NCBI RefSeq assembly: GCF_006345805.1
Contig: NC_043005.1
Coordinates: 91,822,001-91,886,000 of the forward strand
DNA length: 64,000 bases
From: Octopus sinensis
Lineage: Eukaryota
Direction of reading: 5' to 3'
This document shows, piece after piece, positions 37,875 to 51,754 of the stretch. Below the pieces are notes generated by a model. That model did not search any database and was not told where the DNA came from. It saw only the letters and a list, made by a program, of their open reading frames with translations. Position 1 is the first letter of the stretch; the number at the start of each line of letters is the position of its first letter. The position numbers and the translations under genes are program-made.

Positions 37875-38310
37875 GGCATGGTTGTGTAGTTAAGAAGTTT
37901 CCTTCCCAACCATTTGGTTTTGGGTTCAGTCCTACATTGTGGCACTTTGGGCAAGTGTCTTCTACTATGGCCTCAGGCCCCAGGAAATACTTGAGTGGAT
38001 ATATTTGAGGGAAACTGAAAAAAACCCTGTTGTGTGTGTGTGTGTGGTGTGTGTGTGTGTGTGTGTGCATGCATGTGTGCGTGAGTCTGTATGTTTGTAT
38101 TTCTTGACATCATGTGATTGTTGTAAAATAATGTCATTCATTTCCAATATTCTGCAGAAACATATCTGGCTGTGGGGAAATATTATCTTGCCTGGAAACG
38201 GGAAAGGGTTGGTGATAGGAAGGGCATCCTGCTATAGAAAACCTGCCTCATATTGCATCCAACCCATGCAAGCATGGAAAAGTGGACATTCAAATAATTT
38301 TGACGTATGA
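37875..38310 (+). mobile_element. CORE-SINE head, (TG)n and RTE-type tail
   Basis: ggttgtgtagttaagaag..ggcactttgggcaagtgtc; ends gaagggcatcc..catgcaagcatggaaaagtggac. Confidence 0.6.
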
Positions 38311-38744
38311 CAATGATTACCTTTTTTTACCTGTGCATAATGTGAGAAATTTAATACCAAGCATTAAGATCAGAATTAGCAGTGTCATTAGAGTTTTAGA
38401 TAGAATGTTTTTATGCTATTTATTCTGATTATCTCTTGTTTGAGTTCAAATCTTGCTGAGGTCAACTTTGTCTTTTGTTTTCCTTTTGGATAAAAGGCAA
38501 AGTTAATTGGCAGGACTGTTAGTGTTGGACGATATGTTTTGGGGCATCTAACAACAACTATGTTGCCAAGCTGTATCAGTGATATCTGTTCCAGCTTTGC
38601 ATTCTTTGATCAAATCCCACCATGTTACTTCAAAATGGTGATACTCCTGGTAGAAGATGTAACTGACAGATAATATCAGCAATTCAAAAAATCCAGTGGC
38701 GCCAAAGTTACCATTCCACAACTAATATTATACATACATATAAG

Positions 38745-38952
38745 GCAATGGGCTGGCAGAATCGTTACCATGCAGGACAAAATAGTGGAATTTCTTCTGA
38801 CTTTATTTTCTGAGTTCAAATACTGCTGGGCTCAACTTTGCCTTTCATCTTTTTGGGGTTAATAAAATAAGTACCAGTTGAGCACTTGGGTCGATACAAT
38901 TGACTTGGCCCCTCCTACAAACTTGCTGGCCTTGTGTCAAAATTTGAAACCA
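38745..38952 (+). mobile_element. Family-A SINE
   Basis: gggctggcagaatcgtta..gagttcaaat. Confidence 0.8.
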
Positions 38953-39140
38953 GTATTAAAATGAGTATAAAATATGTCTTAAAATATATAAATTATGGAT
39001 AAAAAGTGGATTGGGAATTTGTCCATTTGACATCATGTTGTGATTGAGTGAATATGGTATGTCATCTAATTTTGTAATATCAAAAATGCTTGCATCTACA
39101 AGCACAAAACAGAGAATCTGGAGTAGCAGTAATCCTTTAA

Positions 39141-39375
39141 CCCTTTAGCATTTAATCTCGGCAGATCTGACCATATCGTATTCTACCTGTTTTATGTTCA
39201 AGCCAGTCAGACCTGTTTTATGTTCAAGCCAGTCAGATCTGTTCTCTTACACCTACCCTACAATGCCATTCTGAAGATAAACAATCACATGCTTGAAATT
39301 TTGAAGCTACAAGATAATGCATGATTAATTCATAACAAAGTGAATAAATAAACATCACATTTGACCAAATAATCT
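39141..39375. mobile_element. piggyBac-type MITE family 2, truncated, with internal 25-bp tandem duplication
   Basis: TTAA|CCCTTTAGCATT; ctgttttatgttcaagccagtcaga occurs twice; followed by a minus-strand family-A SINE to about 39580. Confidence 0.75.
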
Positions 39376-40974
39376 GATTTGGCACAAGGCCAGCAATTTT
39401 TAGAGGAGAGTGATAGTCGATTACACCAACCCCAATACTCAACTATTATGTATTACATTGATCCTGGAATGGGTGAAAAGCAAAGCTGTCTTCAGCAGAA
39501 TTTGAACCCTGAATGTAAAACGTTGGAAGAAAGAGCACTAAGCTTTTTGTCTGACATACTATGGACTCTACCAGCTCCCCCCCCCCCAGCTGTACCAGTA
39601 ATATAACAGTCCTTCCCATTTGGTTCTATTTTAGACATGTGGCAAAAACAATGAAAGTAAACATGTCAATGTAATGAATGTTGGCTGAATATTTTAGAAA
39701 ATTTTATTGAAATTAAATGTGATATTTGAATCAAATTAAACATTTTGGCCATTGTAAAATGAATTTTTTTCCATCTGTTTTCAATGACAACATAGTTGCA
39801 TTCATTTGTTTAAATTTGAGTATTTGCATACTAATTATTATAGTAATTGCTTTTATAGCCAGATGCTCTTTTGACCCCTGATGACTCAACCATGAAACTG
39901 GTGTGGGTTATTTTGCTATTTAGGTAAGCTGGGCCAACAAGGGAGTCTCTACATAGTTCCTCGACCTGCTAGAAATAACAGCTAAACTACTCTCTTCCAC
40001 ACACACAAAAAAAAACAGACATGCCCAATCATAAAAATAAAGACACTCTCTACCCTGTCATCTTGTGTTCAGTCCCACTGTGCAGCAGCTTGGGTAAATG
40101 TCCCCTACTAGGTTGACCAAAACCCCAAATTTGGTAGATGGAAACTGAAAGAAGCCTATTGTGTGTGTTTGTGTTTATTCCCCACCATTACATGACAATT
40201 AGTTGATTGGTGTACATTCCCATAACTTAACAGTTCAGCAAAAAAGATCTATGGAATAGGCATCAGGCTTTAAAAAATAAATACTGGTGTTGATTTGTTT
40301 AACTAAACCCTTTAAGGCATGGCTATAGTCCAAATGACTGAAATACATCAAAGGAGATGGTCTTGGCTGCAAAGCCTTGGGTTATAAATTTCAATCAGAA
40401 CTGACACGGAGCTAAACTACAGCTAAAGCAAATACAACACAATGGCTAACAGCATCTTAATTTTACATCATCATCAATTTTATTGCTGCTCATATAAGAC
40501 TTTGCTCTTACTCAGGGCTTTGAAAAATTTAATATGCTTTATGAGAAGAAAATTAATATACCCAATGAAATTAAGCTAAGCAGTGTAGAGAGGCAGAAAC
40601 ATAATGAAAAGCAAGAAAAAGGAAAAAAAAAATAATGGTAAAGAAAAATCAAATGTGTTGCTAATAAATTTAAGAATCTACAACCAGATTCTGACTTTAG
40701 GTATGGTTCCTGGAGACCAAACTGCTGACCTTGCTCCTTTTTGTCAGTTATGGTTTGTTGGGTAGAGTTCTAAATTAGTCACTGTTGCTAAGTTTAAAAT
40801 TAATTCCTTGCCAAAATATCAAGCATAAAGAAAGGAAGAACTGGAATGGACATTAAAGAATGAAATCTTATGGAAGCAATAAATCCAATTTTTATTTGGA
40901 GTGGCTTCCTAGTGGCTCTCCTACAAGATTTGCTTTCTCTTCTTTCTTTTATAGTTTTCTGTCTTCTTTTGTGT

Positions 40975-41007
40975 ATGCATGCATATGTATGGTGTATATG
41001 TGTATGC

Positions 41008-41044
<37 letters not shown>

Positions 41045-41086
41045 ACAATACATATCTATACATGCATATATATACAACTATATATA

Positions 41087-41157
<71 letters not shown>

Positions 41158-41188
41158 GTATATATATGCATGTATAGATATGTATCGT

Positions 41189-41222
<34 letters not shown>

Positions 41223-41258
41223 GTTGTATATATATATGCATGTATAGATATGTATCAT

Positions 41259-41289
<31 letters not shown>

Positions 41290-41380
41290 GCATATATATA
41301 TATATATAATATATATGCATATATATATATATATGCATATATATATATATATATATATATGCATATATATATATATATGC

Positions 41381-41411
<31 letters not shown>

Positions 41412-41530
41412 GCATATATATATATATGCATATATATATATATGCATATATGTCTGTGTGTGTGTGTGTGTATATATATATGCATGCATATGTGCATGTA
41501 TATGTATATATGTATCTAAGTATCTTTGTG

Positions 41531-41599
<69 letters not shown>

Positions 41600-41645
41600 G
41601 CATGTATATGTATGTGTTTGTATGTATATATAGATGTGTGTGTGC
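40975..41645. repeat. Large (TA)n/(TATG)/(TG)n microsatellite complex with fold-back unit
   Basis: Direct read; source of all IY/YI ORFs. Confidence 0.97.
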
Positions 41646-43267
41646 GTTTATATAACCCATCAACTGTAGACAACTCTAACCTGTCTGCAGTATGTTATGC
41701 AGAATTTATCACCAAATTATCAATAATTTGATTCCTGTCATCAAAATAGAATTACTGTCTAAACTTTTACACAACTCTACCTCTGACTATCCGTCACTCT
41801 ATCTTTGCCCCTGTTTCTCTCTCGACATCTTTCAGCACCTTCCACAATTATCTACCTCCATCAAAAGAATCCCCACCCAGTACCTAAGCAGCTAACTTTT
41901 TCTCAAATCACATTTTACTATCTTAGAGCAGGGAAGGTCTAATTGGACAGTGTAGTCCAAGTTATACAGAAAAGATGAGCTGGGCACTGGCAGGATGCAT
42001 TTGACCATAAGTGTCTGACTGATGACTGATCGTGACTGATTTACGATTGAAAGACAAAATAAAATAAAATCTTGAATTTTTCCCCTGTTTTCTCTCTCTC
42101 ATCTATCCTCTCACAGATCACATTCCCACCCATCTCTTTCTTTGCTCCCTCTGTGGTTTTATCTTTCCATTTTCTGTCTTTCTATCTGTAGGCTCTCCTG
42201 CTTGTCAATATCTTTCTTGTCACTCTGCAACTCCCTTTCTCTCTCTAACTATGCTTTGTCCTCCACCTTTTCCGTCTGTTCTTTTTTCTTTCTATTTTGC
42301 ACACTCTCCTTCTCTATCTCTGTCTTTCTCTATCTCTCTAAACAACTCTATCTTCTCTTTCATTACATCTCTTTTTTTTACTCAAATTCTTTTTTCTTAC
42401 TTCATGCATATTTCTATCTACATTCTCTCTCTTTATCTCTCTCTCTCTTTATCTCTCTCTTTCTCTTTATCTCTCTCTCTCTTTATCTCCCCCCCTTTCT
42501 CACTTCCACCCTCTACCAACCTTCTGTCATGCATGCTTCATTAAAATAACTTATGCTTTGAAGATGCAGACAATTCTTTCCCCCATTTAGCTTATATTAA
42601 TCTCAAACTGACACAAACTATTTCTGAACACAGACAAATGATATTGCTGTTAGTCTTGTATTCTAAAGCTAAAGAAATCTTTCATCAACATTCATCATTC
42701 ATTATTCATCCATTGTTCTCCATCATTATTATTGTTGTTTTTGCTCATAATAAACAAAACAAAACAGAAATAATTATTGTATTTTGAGGATGGCATCTCA
42801 AAGTAATTAACCTCAGTAATTTATTTTTTTTAATTTGCCAATTTTTCATGCCTATTTGTAAACAGATTTCTACATCTCTTATTGATATTTTCTATCACTA
42901 TTTTGGCAAGTATAGTGAAAAGTATGCTTTGCTGAGAAAGTCTAATAAGGTTGAAAGGTATCTGGAGTTGTCTCTCATGCTTACCATAAATTTAAAAATA
43001 ATATTTGTTCATTGCTATGTTGTATATCATCTTTTCCTCACTGCTTATGTATTTTTTATTGCATTTTTTGATACTATCCATATTACCATATTAAATATGC
43101 TAACTATTGTCTTTTAATAAACAGTTTTCATAAGTAAATTGCATGTGTGCATGCAGAGAGGGAGAAAAAGAGATTAAGTACAGAGGGGGAAGTATAAATA
43201 TATGACTTTGGAGTGTTTTGACTCCTATCTTTAGCAAAGCTGGTGTTCTTTAAAAAAAGTACCCTTG

Positions 43268-43329
<62 letters not shown>

Positions 43330-43379
43330 TTTTGCCTATACATATATATTTATACAAAATTAAGGATAAAACCACTATA

Positions 43380-43459
43380 ATGGCACCTTGGGCAAGTGTC
43401 TTGGGCTGAGCAAAGCCTTGTGAGTGGATTTGGTAGACGAAAACTGAAAGAAGCCTGTC

Positions 43460-43495
<36 letters not shown>

Positions 43496-43680
43496 ATGTA
43501 TTCGTGTGTCTGTGTTTGTCTCCACACCATCACTTGAAAACCAATGCTGGTGTGTTTACATCCCTGTAACTTTGCAGTTCGGCAAAAGTCATTGGTAGAA
43601 TAAGTACTAAGCTTACAAAGAATAAGTCCTAGGGTCAATTTGTTCAACTAAAGGCAGTGCTTGAGCATGGCTACATACAA
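43380..43680 (+). mobile_element. Family-B SINE, 5'-truncated
   Basis: ggcaccttgggcaagtgtc..ggtagacgaaaactgaaagaagcc..gcatggc. Confidence 0.85.
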
Positions 43681-43695
43681 AAATTACAAAATTGT

Positions 43696-43779
43696 TCATC
43701 TATGGGCCGTTTCAGAGATGTGCCAATTAATATGAGACATTTCATATATTCGAAACTGACACTCGTCTCATCAGGATGA
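43696..43779 (-). ncRNA. Degenerate hammerhead-like motif with long helix II
   Basis: Minus: TCATC-CTGATGA-GAC-GAG...CTC-T-GAA-ACGGCCCAT-A-GATGA. Confidence 0.3.
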
Positions 43780-44380
43780 TTTTTACACACAATATACAAT
43801 ACATAGAAACAAATGTACAATTACATACCAGCTATGTGCGAGAGAACCCATAGATGAACATTCTACAAAATTTGTATTGCGATGCTCAGCAACATGCACT
43901 AAGTATTGTAAGCAGCAGAGTTCATATGCACAGCAACTCATACACACTGCAACAAAAACATTCACTTGTACACATGCACATACATAAATGCAAACACACA
44001 AGAGGATGCATGCATGATTGTAATATACTTCCATGACCACCTATTAATTTTGTTTTCATGCAAATTCTAACAGTTTGACAGACCACAAAGTGGCTCCCTT
44101 CCTGACTGGTCCCACAACGTGTAGTGGCATAATACATATAGTGGCATAATACATATAGTACACCAGGTGTGAGGTCATTGTTGGTGAGCCTTGGTTGTAT
44201 TTTGCCAGTTGCTTCTCTAATGAATGCTAAATCCATTCTGCTTATCACTGGTTATCAAAATGTTTCTAGAAGATTGTTGTTTTGTAATATTTTGGCAACT
44301 ATCATATTCGCAGGTATATTCATTGTTTAGTTGTATATGGGAGTTCTTGTTAAGGTACTCATATTCAGTAGTTACAGTTG
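43780..44380 (-). mobile_element. Possible decayed Penelope-like element body
   Basis: Lies directly 5' of the hammerhead-like motif on the same strand; only weak resemblance (TPGVLY, VAEH) to GIY-YIG motifs. Confidence 0.25.
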
Positions 44381-44387
44381 TCCTTAC

Positions 44388-44556
44388 CAGGGCCCTCTTA
44401 GCAGCATCATAGACCCCTGGGCAAACCAATGCACTGAGTCCTATAATATTTGTCTATTGACAGTAAGCGACAACATACACAGCTCACAATTGGCTCCCAA
44501 GACACATGAGGCTCCAAGGCAACTGCCCAGTGTACCCATGCCTTAAGCAAACATTG
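44388..44556. mobile_element. hAT-type MITE
   Basis: Begins CAGGGCCCTCTTA, imperfect TIR; flanks GTCCTTAC / GTTGTTAC (6/8 match). Confidence 0.55.
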
Positions 44557-45835
44557 GTTGTTACTCGTAATCTGCTTTTGACTTAAGTGTTGCTATATTA
44601 ATTCGACTGTTGATTATGTAAAGAGTTGGTTTTGGTGTTATATTTCCCATTATCTTAAATGAAGTGCCTTGGTTTTAAATTTTTATAGTGTGTCGCTGAT
44701 TATAATTTATTCTTAGAGTTGGTATCATGTATATTTTATGCAATTAACTTCCTTAAAACTCTTTCAGCAGTTTCATAATGAGTATTCATGTGACTGTTGT
44801 TGTAGACAATATGTATTTTGTCTAGTGTTTGTTGGAGGTGAAGGAATTATTTACTCTCCGGTTGTATTTATTGTTTGTTGTATCTACCATTTTGTTTACA
44901 TATTGTTATTGATTGGATTTCATATTTCATCCCTCTTGAAGCAATAGAATAATTATTACACCAGGCATATTACTGAGATCAATTCAATGAAGATGCCTTC
45001 ACTTATTAATTTATAGCTTTGAGCCAATATAAACAAATCAATATTAGATCAGGAAATGAGAACTGAATCCATAATTTTAAAGATATCCTTTTTCTGTGGA
45101 TGAACAGTTTAAATTAATTTGGTAATGATGTTTTAAATTTCTGTCAGATTAGTGTAGTTATAAAAGCCCAGTGTTTCAGAAAAAAAAAGGGGGGGGGCAA
45201 AAACATCAGAATGCTATATAAAAGACAAAGCAAGTATAACAGAAATTATTTTGTAAACAGTTTTAATGTTTAGATCCTGATATGGCAAAGATGTAGGCAG
45301 TCAAATGCTCAGAAATGACTCACAACTTAACAACTTCATCTTATTTTTCAGTTATCTCTTCACAATTACTGTGAAGTAATGATAAATGGTCAGTGAGTCA
45401 AATCTGAAATCTTGCCTCCATTCTGGTCCGAGCTATTTCACTTCACTTTAATGTTCTTAGTAGGGTTATGAATTCCATGACTATAATGCTCAACCCTTCC
45501 TCTTAAATATTTGGCTTTGTGTTGACCTTGGAAACAAAACAAATCCATTGTACCTGCACTCAAAAAATATTGACATCATAGTATAACTTTCAGTATCAGT
45601 TGACCAATGAAAGCACCTCTATGTGATCACTCAGCTTGCTAGAAATAAGCTACTTATATCATGTCTTACTATCTTAAAAGAAATTATGGACAAATAAGGA
45701 GAATGTAATTCTGGATAGTGTAGCTAAAAAGGGATGCCTTCATTAAGGTCCTCTCAGTCATTGCTAACACTGCTACTTAACAATACCAGCAAGTATCAAT
45801 GATGTGAGAGTGAAAACATTTCTACTAACACTTAC

Positions 45836-45845
45836 CAAGGTATCA
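45836..45845 (-). CDS. Candidate 10-nt microexon
   Basis: ctctaacctcacttatttctgcag|TGATACCTTG|gtaagt, with a branch-point-like CTAAC. Confidence 0.25.
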
Positions 45846-48119
45846 CTGCAGAAATAAGTGAGGTTAGAGATTTGTGAGGGAAAATCTGTGATGTCTCAGA
45901 TAAATGTCTAAATAAATAAGTTGTCATTTCTTAGGAACTTCTAAATTTGTATGTTTATATCATCTTACTTTCATTTAGCTGCCTTCTCAAGCAAAGCACT
46001 GAATTCTGTTTTAAACTTGCTGTATTTTCCTGCATACAAATCAATGTAGTATATAGTGTAAATATTCAAACATTGTCACTTATCTTTTCAAATCCTGCTA
46101 CATTTCACATGGAATTTTTGGCCGTCTTTCTAGGTGTATAAGTCAACCTACCTTTTTTGGCTGTAAATTTTGGCCTGAAAAATTTGACTTGTATGCCATA
46201 AAATATATTTCAACCAAGGTACATCTATGTCAATCTATATACTTATGTCTGCCTACTAAAAGATCAGACCTGTTCTTTCAATTAAATGATTTACAGATTA
46301 GAGATAATGATCTTCTAATGATGCTTCATAAGTTAGACATTCTGAAGAGGAGATGGGTTGTAACATATCATAAAGAGACCCAACAACTAGATCATAAATA
46401 GTTAAGGAACTGAACAACTTAGATAGAAGTTCTTTCATTGCTTAAAGAATTTGATTTTGATAGAATTAAGACTGAGGAATAATAGAACTTTTATTGTAAT
46501 CTATTGATTTTCTTTTTTAAGTCTACAGTTGACATTTAAATGTTCAAAATGTTCTTGTACCTTTTACATAGCTGGGATGTAAATCATAAGAATGAAATTT
46601 ATTTTCTCCAACTACTCTCTGCAATTGAGACTGCTGTCATTGATTTATTTCTTTTTATCATAAGTTGATATTAGCTTTTCATTAGTTGGGAAGGTCTTCA
46701 AATTTCAGTTGTTTAAGGAAAATACGTTAGGTTTAAAACCTTTCATAATGACATTTAAAATGGTATCTATCTTTTATTTCCAAAAACGAAATCTATCTTT
46801 TAGTTTGACATCAGGGTGGTGAATTGACAGAGTTATTAGAGCATTGGATAAAATATCTCATGGTATTTGTTCAGACTCTTTAGATTTTAAGTTCAAGTCC
46901 CACCAAAGTCAACTTTGCCTTTCACCTTTTTGGGAGTTGATAAAAAAAGTATCTACTCAGGGTGGTAGGTCAGGAATGGTTAGAATGTTAGACGGGATGC
47001 CCTGGGGTATCTGGTCTGACTCTTTTTCATTTGACTACAACAATACCTGTGATGATACTGGTATTGAACTGTGTTGGCTTGACTCAATGACCTTTCTCTA
47101 CAACAACATTAATAGCAAGGAGACTTGGCTGCATTCACAGTTAATGTTCCACAAAAGAACTTTGCCCAGGCTTGCACATACAGGTCCAGATAAATCGTCA
47201 ACCTGACCAAAGGAAATCCTGGTGAGTTTGGCATAACTAAAAGTACAAGACTGATGCTAAATACAATGTTTATAGTTGGGAATGACCTAATAGACCTTAA
47301 TATTAAAGATATAAAGTATCACTTTAGAAATCTATTATTTAATTACCACATTATCTTGCATTTGGATATGAAATATTTTCATTAGAATTTAAAACTTATT
47401 TTCAAGAGTAGCCCCGTGGACTTTAAATGTGAGAATGAATTATATTCTGAGATGGAAATGGTATGGTAATGATATTGTCAATTATACTGACATGAAGCAT
47501 GCTAATCCTAATTAATAGAATTCTTGCAGTGATTATTCTTAAGTAAATGTCTCTCTTAATTATGTGTCTTAAGTTCTGAAATGAGTTGTTAATACGATTT
47601 TCTGGACCATTAATTAACCTGACAGATATTAGAGCTTTAGTCAGATAACATCATTAATTTAGAAATAAATGTTTCTAGTTCGAATCCAATCTAGAAAATT
47701 GTACACTTATCAGAGAAATAAAATACCGGATGATAATCAAAGTGATCAAAATGTTGAGTAAATGTAAATATTATGAATATACATTTTCCAAATGAATTTA
47801 ATAATCTGAAAAATTTTTAATCTTGCATTTTTGACTGATATTTTGCAATATATTCTGTTAGTCATTTGGTTGGGGATAATAGTAGTGACAGTGGGTTCCT
47901 ATTATGTATATGTATTTCTGATATGTACCAAGTGTAAATTGGACATTTGCTGCAATTAAAACAAATTTCTAATGTTTTCTTCAGTCTGAACTCCAATCAC
48001 AATCAATGATTTTTGACCATGTAATTGGTAATACTGACTCAAATGCTAACTGGTAATATTGACCCCTGTTTTGATCCCCTAATTCTATAATACAAATACC
48101 TTTGTCTTTCAGCTCATAT

Positions 48120-48367
48120 CACTGGCTTGGGAATGAAATTTGCTTAGGGGGTGCAAACCCAGGTCCAAAAATATTTACAAAAAAAGTTTTTTTTAATATT
48201 TTTGTGTTTTGTTCTTTGAGAAGGCAACCTAACTTCAAGCTACTTTTTACACATCGCTTTTTATTTACCGCTTTCTAAACCCGAGGAAAATAAGTAGGGT
48301 TCCGCACTCCACAAAAATTCTAGTGGGTGCACTTGCACTACCTGCACCCCCTGTTCCCGGGCCCATG
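48120..48367. mobile_element. hAT-type MITE with perfect 8-bp TSD
   Basis: GCTCATAT at 48112-48119 and 48368-48375; termini CACTGGCTTGGGAA / CATGGGCCCGGGAA; subterminal GGGGGTGCA at both ends. Confidence 0.85.
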
Positions 48368-50428
48368 GCTCATATATGTGGTTTGCTTAACCAGTGAATC
48401 TTACAATAGCATAATAAATCATCCCATTCCACTTAGAGGCCCTTTGAAATTTCTTTACATTTATCTATTATTTTTCTCCTACTACATTTTTTTGTCACAC
48501 TTCAATCACGTTCTTCAATTTTAGAAAATGTGCACATAAGTTTTGTTGGCAACAGTGACAGTATAAGAATCGCAGTTGAGTGTTTATTCTTTCTTTATTA
48601 AGACAACAAATTTTTGACAGTCAATCATATATGGCACACTGTTTGTTCATAACTATGCTGCTAAGTTCTACATAAGTTAAATCAAAACCACATATTGTTG
48701 ATTTGACAGAAAATAGATCTTCCCACTCTTGTTATCCAATGCTTCAGTTTTAAAACCAGTAACTCTTCCCGTATCATAAAGTTAGCCATTAACTTATATA
48801 AAAATATAATTGTTCTTTATTATATCTGTCATTTCATCAATGGCTATCATATAAAACACCAATTCTGATGCTGCTTATTTTATGGATACTTGGATTAGTT
48901 GACGTCTTTTGTATGATCAGAAAGTGTCGTCTGTCATAACATCTCAAGCAAATCTGCACATTCACTAGAGTTAAAATTTGTGTGGCATTCTTTAACAAAC
49001 TTGCTTTTGATGTGTTGTTTCACTACTTTTGTGCAATAATTCGCACACACTTCAAAGCTTCATAAATATGTCTTGTGAAAATAAATTACTGTTTGCATAA
49101 AGATTCATTTAAAAATGCTAGCTTGTCTAGATACAGAATTTCTTTTGGACTTGTGATTTCATATGCTTGATCAAATAATGGCATTTAAGATTGTACTTTT
49201 TATGAACTGTAATCAAATCTTTGATAATAAGACAAACAAACTGTCCATTTACTTCTATTAAAGATATAATCATTTGTCATTTTTCTTATATAAAACAAAC
49301 AAATTTCTGCTGGCAACTATTTTTCTTTTATTATTACTTTTATTCTTTTATTATTACTCATTATTATAGAAGGGGTTGTGCGTTTCATGCATTCCAAAAT
49401 ATTGATGGAAGATCTTTAATAAAAAAAAGGGAAATGAATAAGTAAATGCTAACCGTTGCTTGAAATAAAAATGCAATTATTACATCTTCAATTCCTCACA
49501 AGATGTTTATATCTTGTGTAATGTTGAAAGCAACTTGTATTGAATTATTGTTTTGGGTCTTAAAGTTTAATCTGTTTATTTTTACATGAGTTTTTAAGGA
49601 ACTTTGTCAGTGGGTAGTCTCAGATTTAAATGTGGAAAAAATGTTTCTCACAAATGAGTTGCTTTTCTCTTTCTTGGCATAGAGGCATCCTCGTTGTACA
49701 TGGTATTAATGCAGAGCAATGTACTTTGTCAGCGTAATGCACCACTTGGCTTCCAATGACGAAAAAATATAACATCATCTCTTATTTTGGTGTAATTGGA
49801 TATTTTTAAAGTTGAAAATAAGATCCTGATAAAACAGTTAACCTATATAAAATTAGCATCAAACTGAAATAACTACTCCTGTCTAAGTAGTTCAAATGTA
49901 CCAAATGATAAATAAATATAAAAAATATATCAAACAAAAATATATTGCAATTAAAGTTAAATAAATAAATAAATATTGATTTAGAATATTGGAAATAATA
50001 TTTTAATCATGTGATAAGTAAAAGAATACCATGCTTTCCTTCAAAAAATAAATTTACTTTTTTCTTAAATTTTATATTGGGACTTCTTTAGAATTTTTTT
50101 ATAGACATCAATCAATATTACAAGTGCACTGAATATATGGCTTACAACAATGTAAACAGCTTAAACTTAAGGTTGTGTATGGACTGCCACCATGATTCAC
50201 TGGATGGTTAAGTTCTAGTACCCAAGTGACCTAGTAATAGTGAAACTTCTAAAATGACATGTTGAACATTATTTGAACATTATAAGAAATTTAATTTTTT
50301 TTTTTTACATTTCTACTTAAATGGCTTTGCTTGCACTATTTTTATTTTCTTATTGGATTTTAGTTGCTGAGACTCTTAGTTGAAACATTTTAAAATCAAT
50401 CATTGAAACTCCAATACATATCAATACT

Positions 50429-50465
<37 letters not shown>

Positions 50466-51734
50466 AGTGGAGGTGTAATGGCCCAGTGGTTATACACACA
50501 TACACACACACAGTCATATATTTACACACACACACGTGTGTATATGGTTTGATCAATAAGTGTCCAGACTGTTGCCATAGTAATGAAACTAAAGCATTGA
50601 GAGTGAAGCTGCTTGGCAGGGCTTGACCTTGAACTCTGTTGTACATGCATTCTAAGTTTTAATGTTCTACCTCACTTCCTTAAACTGTACAATGCAACAC
50701 ACTTATGTAGCTAGGTGTACCATGAAAATAATAAAATTACATTTGAAAAATATGAGAAATATGAACTCAAATTATTGATAATTATGCTTCATTTATTGAA
50801 TAAATAAGTGCTTAATTAGTTTTCTGTAGATTAATTTAAGTTTATAGGCTAACTATGATATACTGATACCATTTAAAAAAACATATTTAGCAGAATTTGT
50901 CAATATATTCGTATTTGTTGTAAAGCACACTGTGAGGTAAAGAAGACAAAAAATAGGGAGTCACTGGCTTAGAGAATGTGAACTCTATGAAAATTTACAT
51001 AAACAGACTAGTGAAGGTTTATGTTTGGTAAGGCACTTAAATTGGGCTGCAGGAAGTCACACTTTGTAAGACATAGACGAATACACTATTCTTCAGAGCT
51101 AACTCATGTCACCTTGACAAAACAAGGTGACTATGAATGATGATGATGATGATGATAATGGTGGTGGTGGTGGTGATAGGTATAAGAAACTACACTGTTT
51201 GTTATCTTTTTGTTCAAAGTTTAGGTCAGTGGTTTGATAAGCATGATTTCTGCAACATTCCTGTTGTTATTTGTATCTAATCATCAGCCAACACACAGGT
51301 GAGGGAAGGGAAGCATTAATTGTGTATCTCTCTTGTTTTCGAAGTCTTATTTACATGGGACAACATTCTGCATTTAGAATTGACCTGGTAAGTGTAACTT
51401 TATCTCCATTAGATAGTTAATTCACTTTTCTGAATTTAGAATCCATGTAACATAATATGATCTTTTAGATCCCATGTTGTATGTTGCTCATAAGATATTC
51501 TCAGCAAATTGTATTTCGCTTATATGGATTTAAATATTAATTTCTTTTCATAAAATAATGACACTGATGATGATGATAATATTTTCTCAGAATTAGCTCA
51601 AGGTTATAAGTTTGTAAAGGTCGGTTATAGGCAGTTGAAACATCATGGTGTACTACTAGTGCATATTAGAACTTAGAATATAAAGAGGCATGTGACTAAA
51701 TACTACAGAGTATGTAACTCAATGGCACTCTTAC

Positions 51735-51754
51735 TGTTTCTAGCAACCTGCCAC
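51735..51754 (-). CDS. Candidate 20-nt microexon
   Basis: gttcttattttacag|GTGGCAGGTTGCTAGAAACA|gtaaga. Confidence 0.2.

Noticed and set aside
42017-42080. CTGATGA-stem-GAAA
   Set aside because: Helix II is possible, but helix I cannot form.
50543-50700. Possible mariner left-TIR fragment (tgatcaataagtgtccagactg)
   Set aside because: No partner TIR or transposase nearby; too degraded to call.
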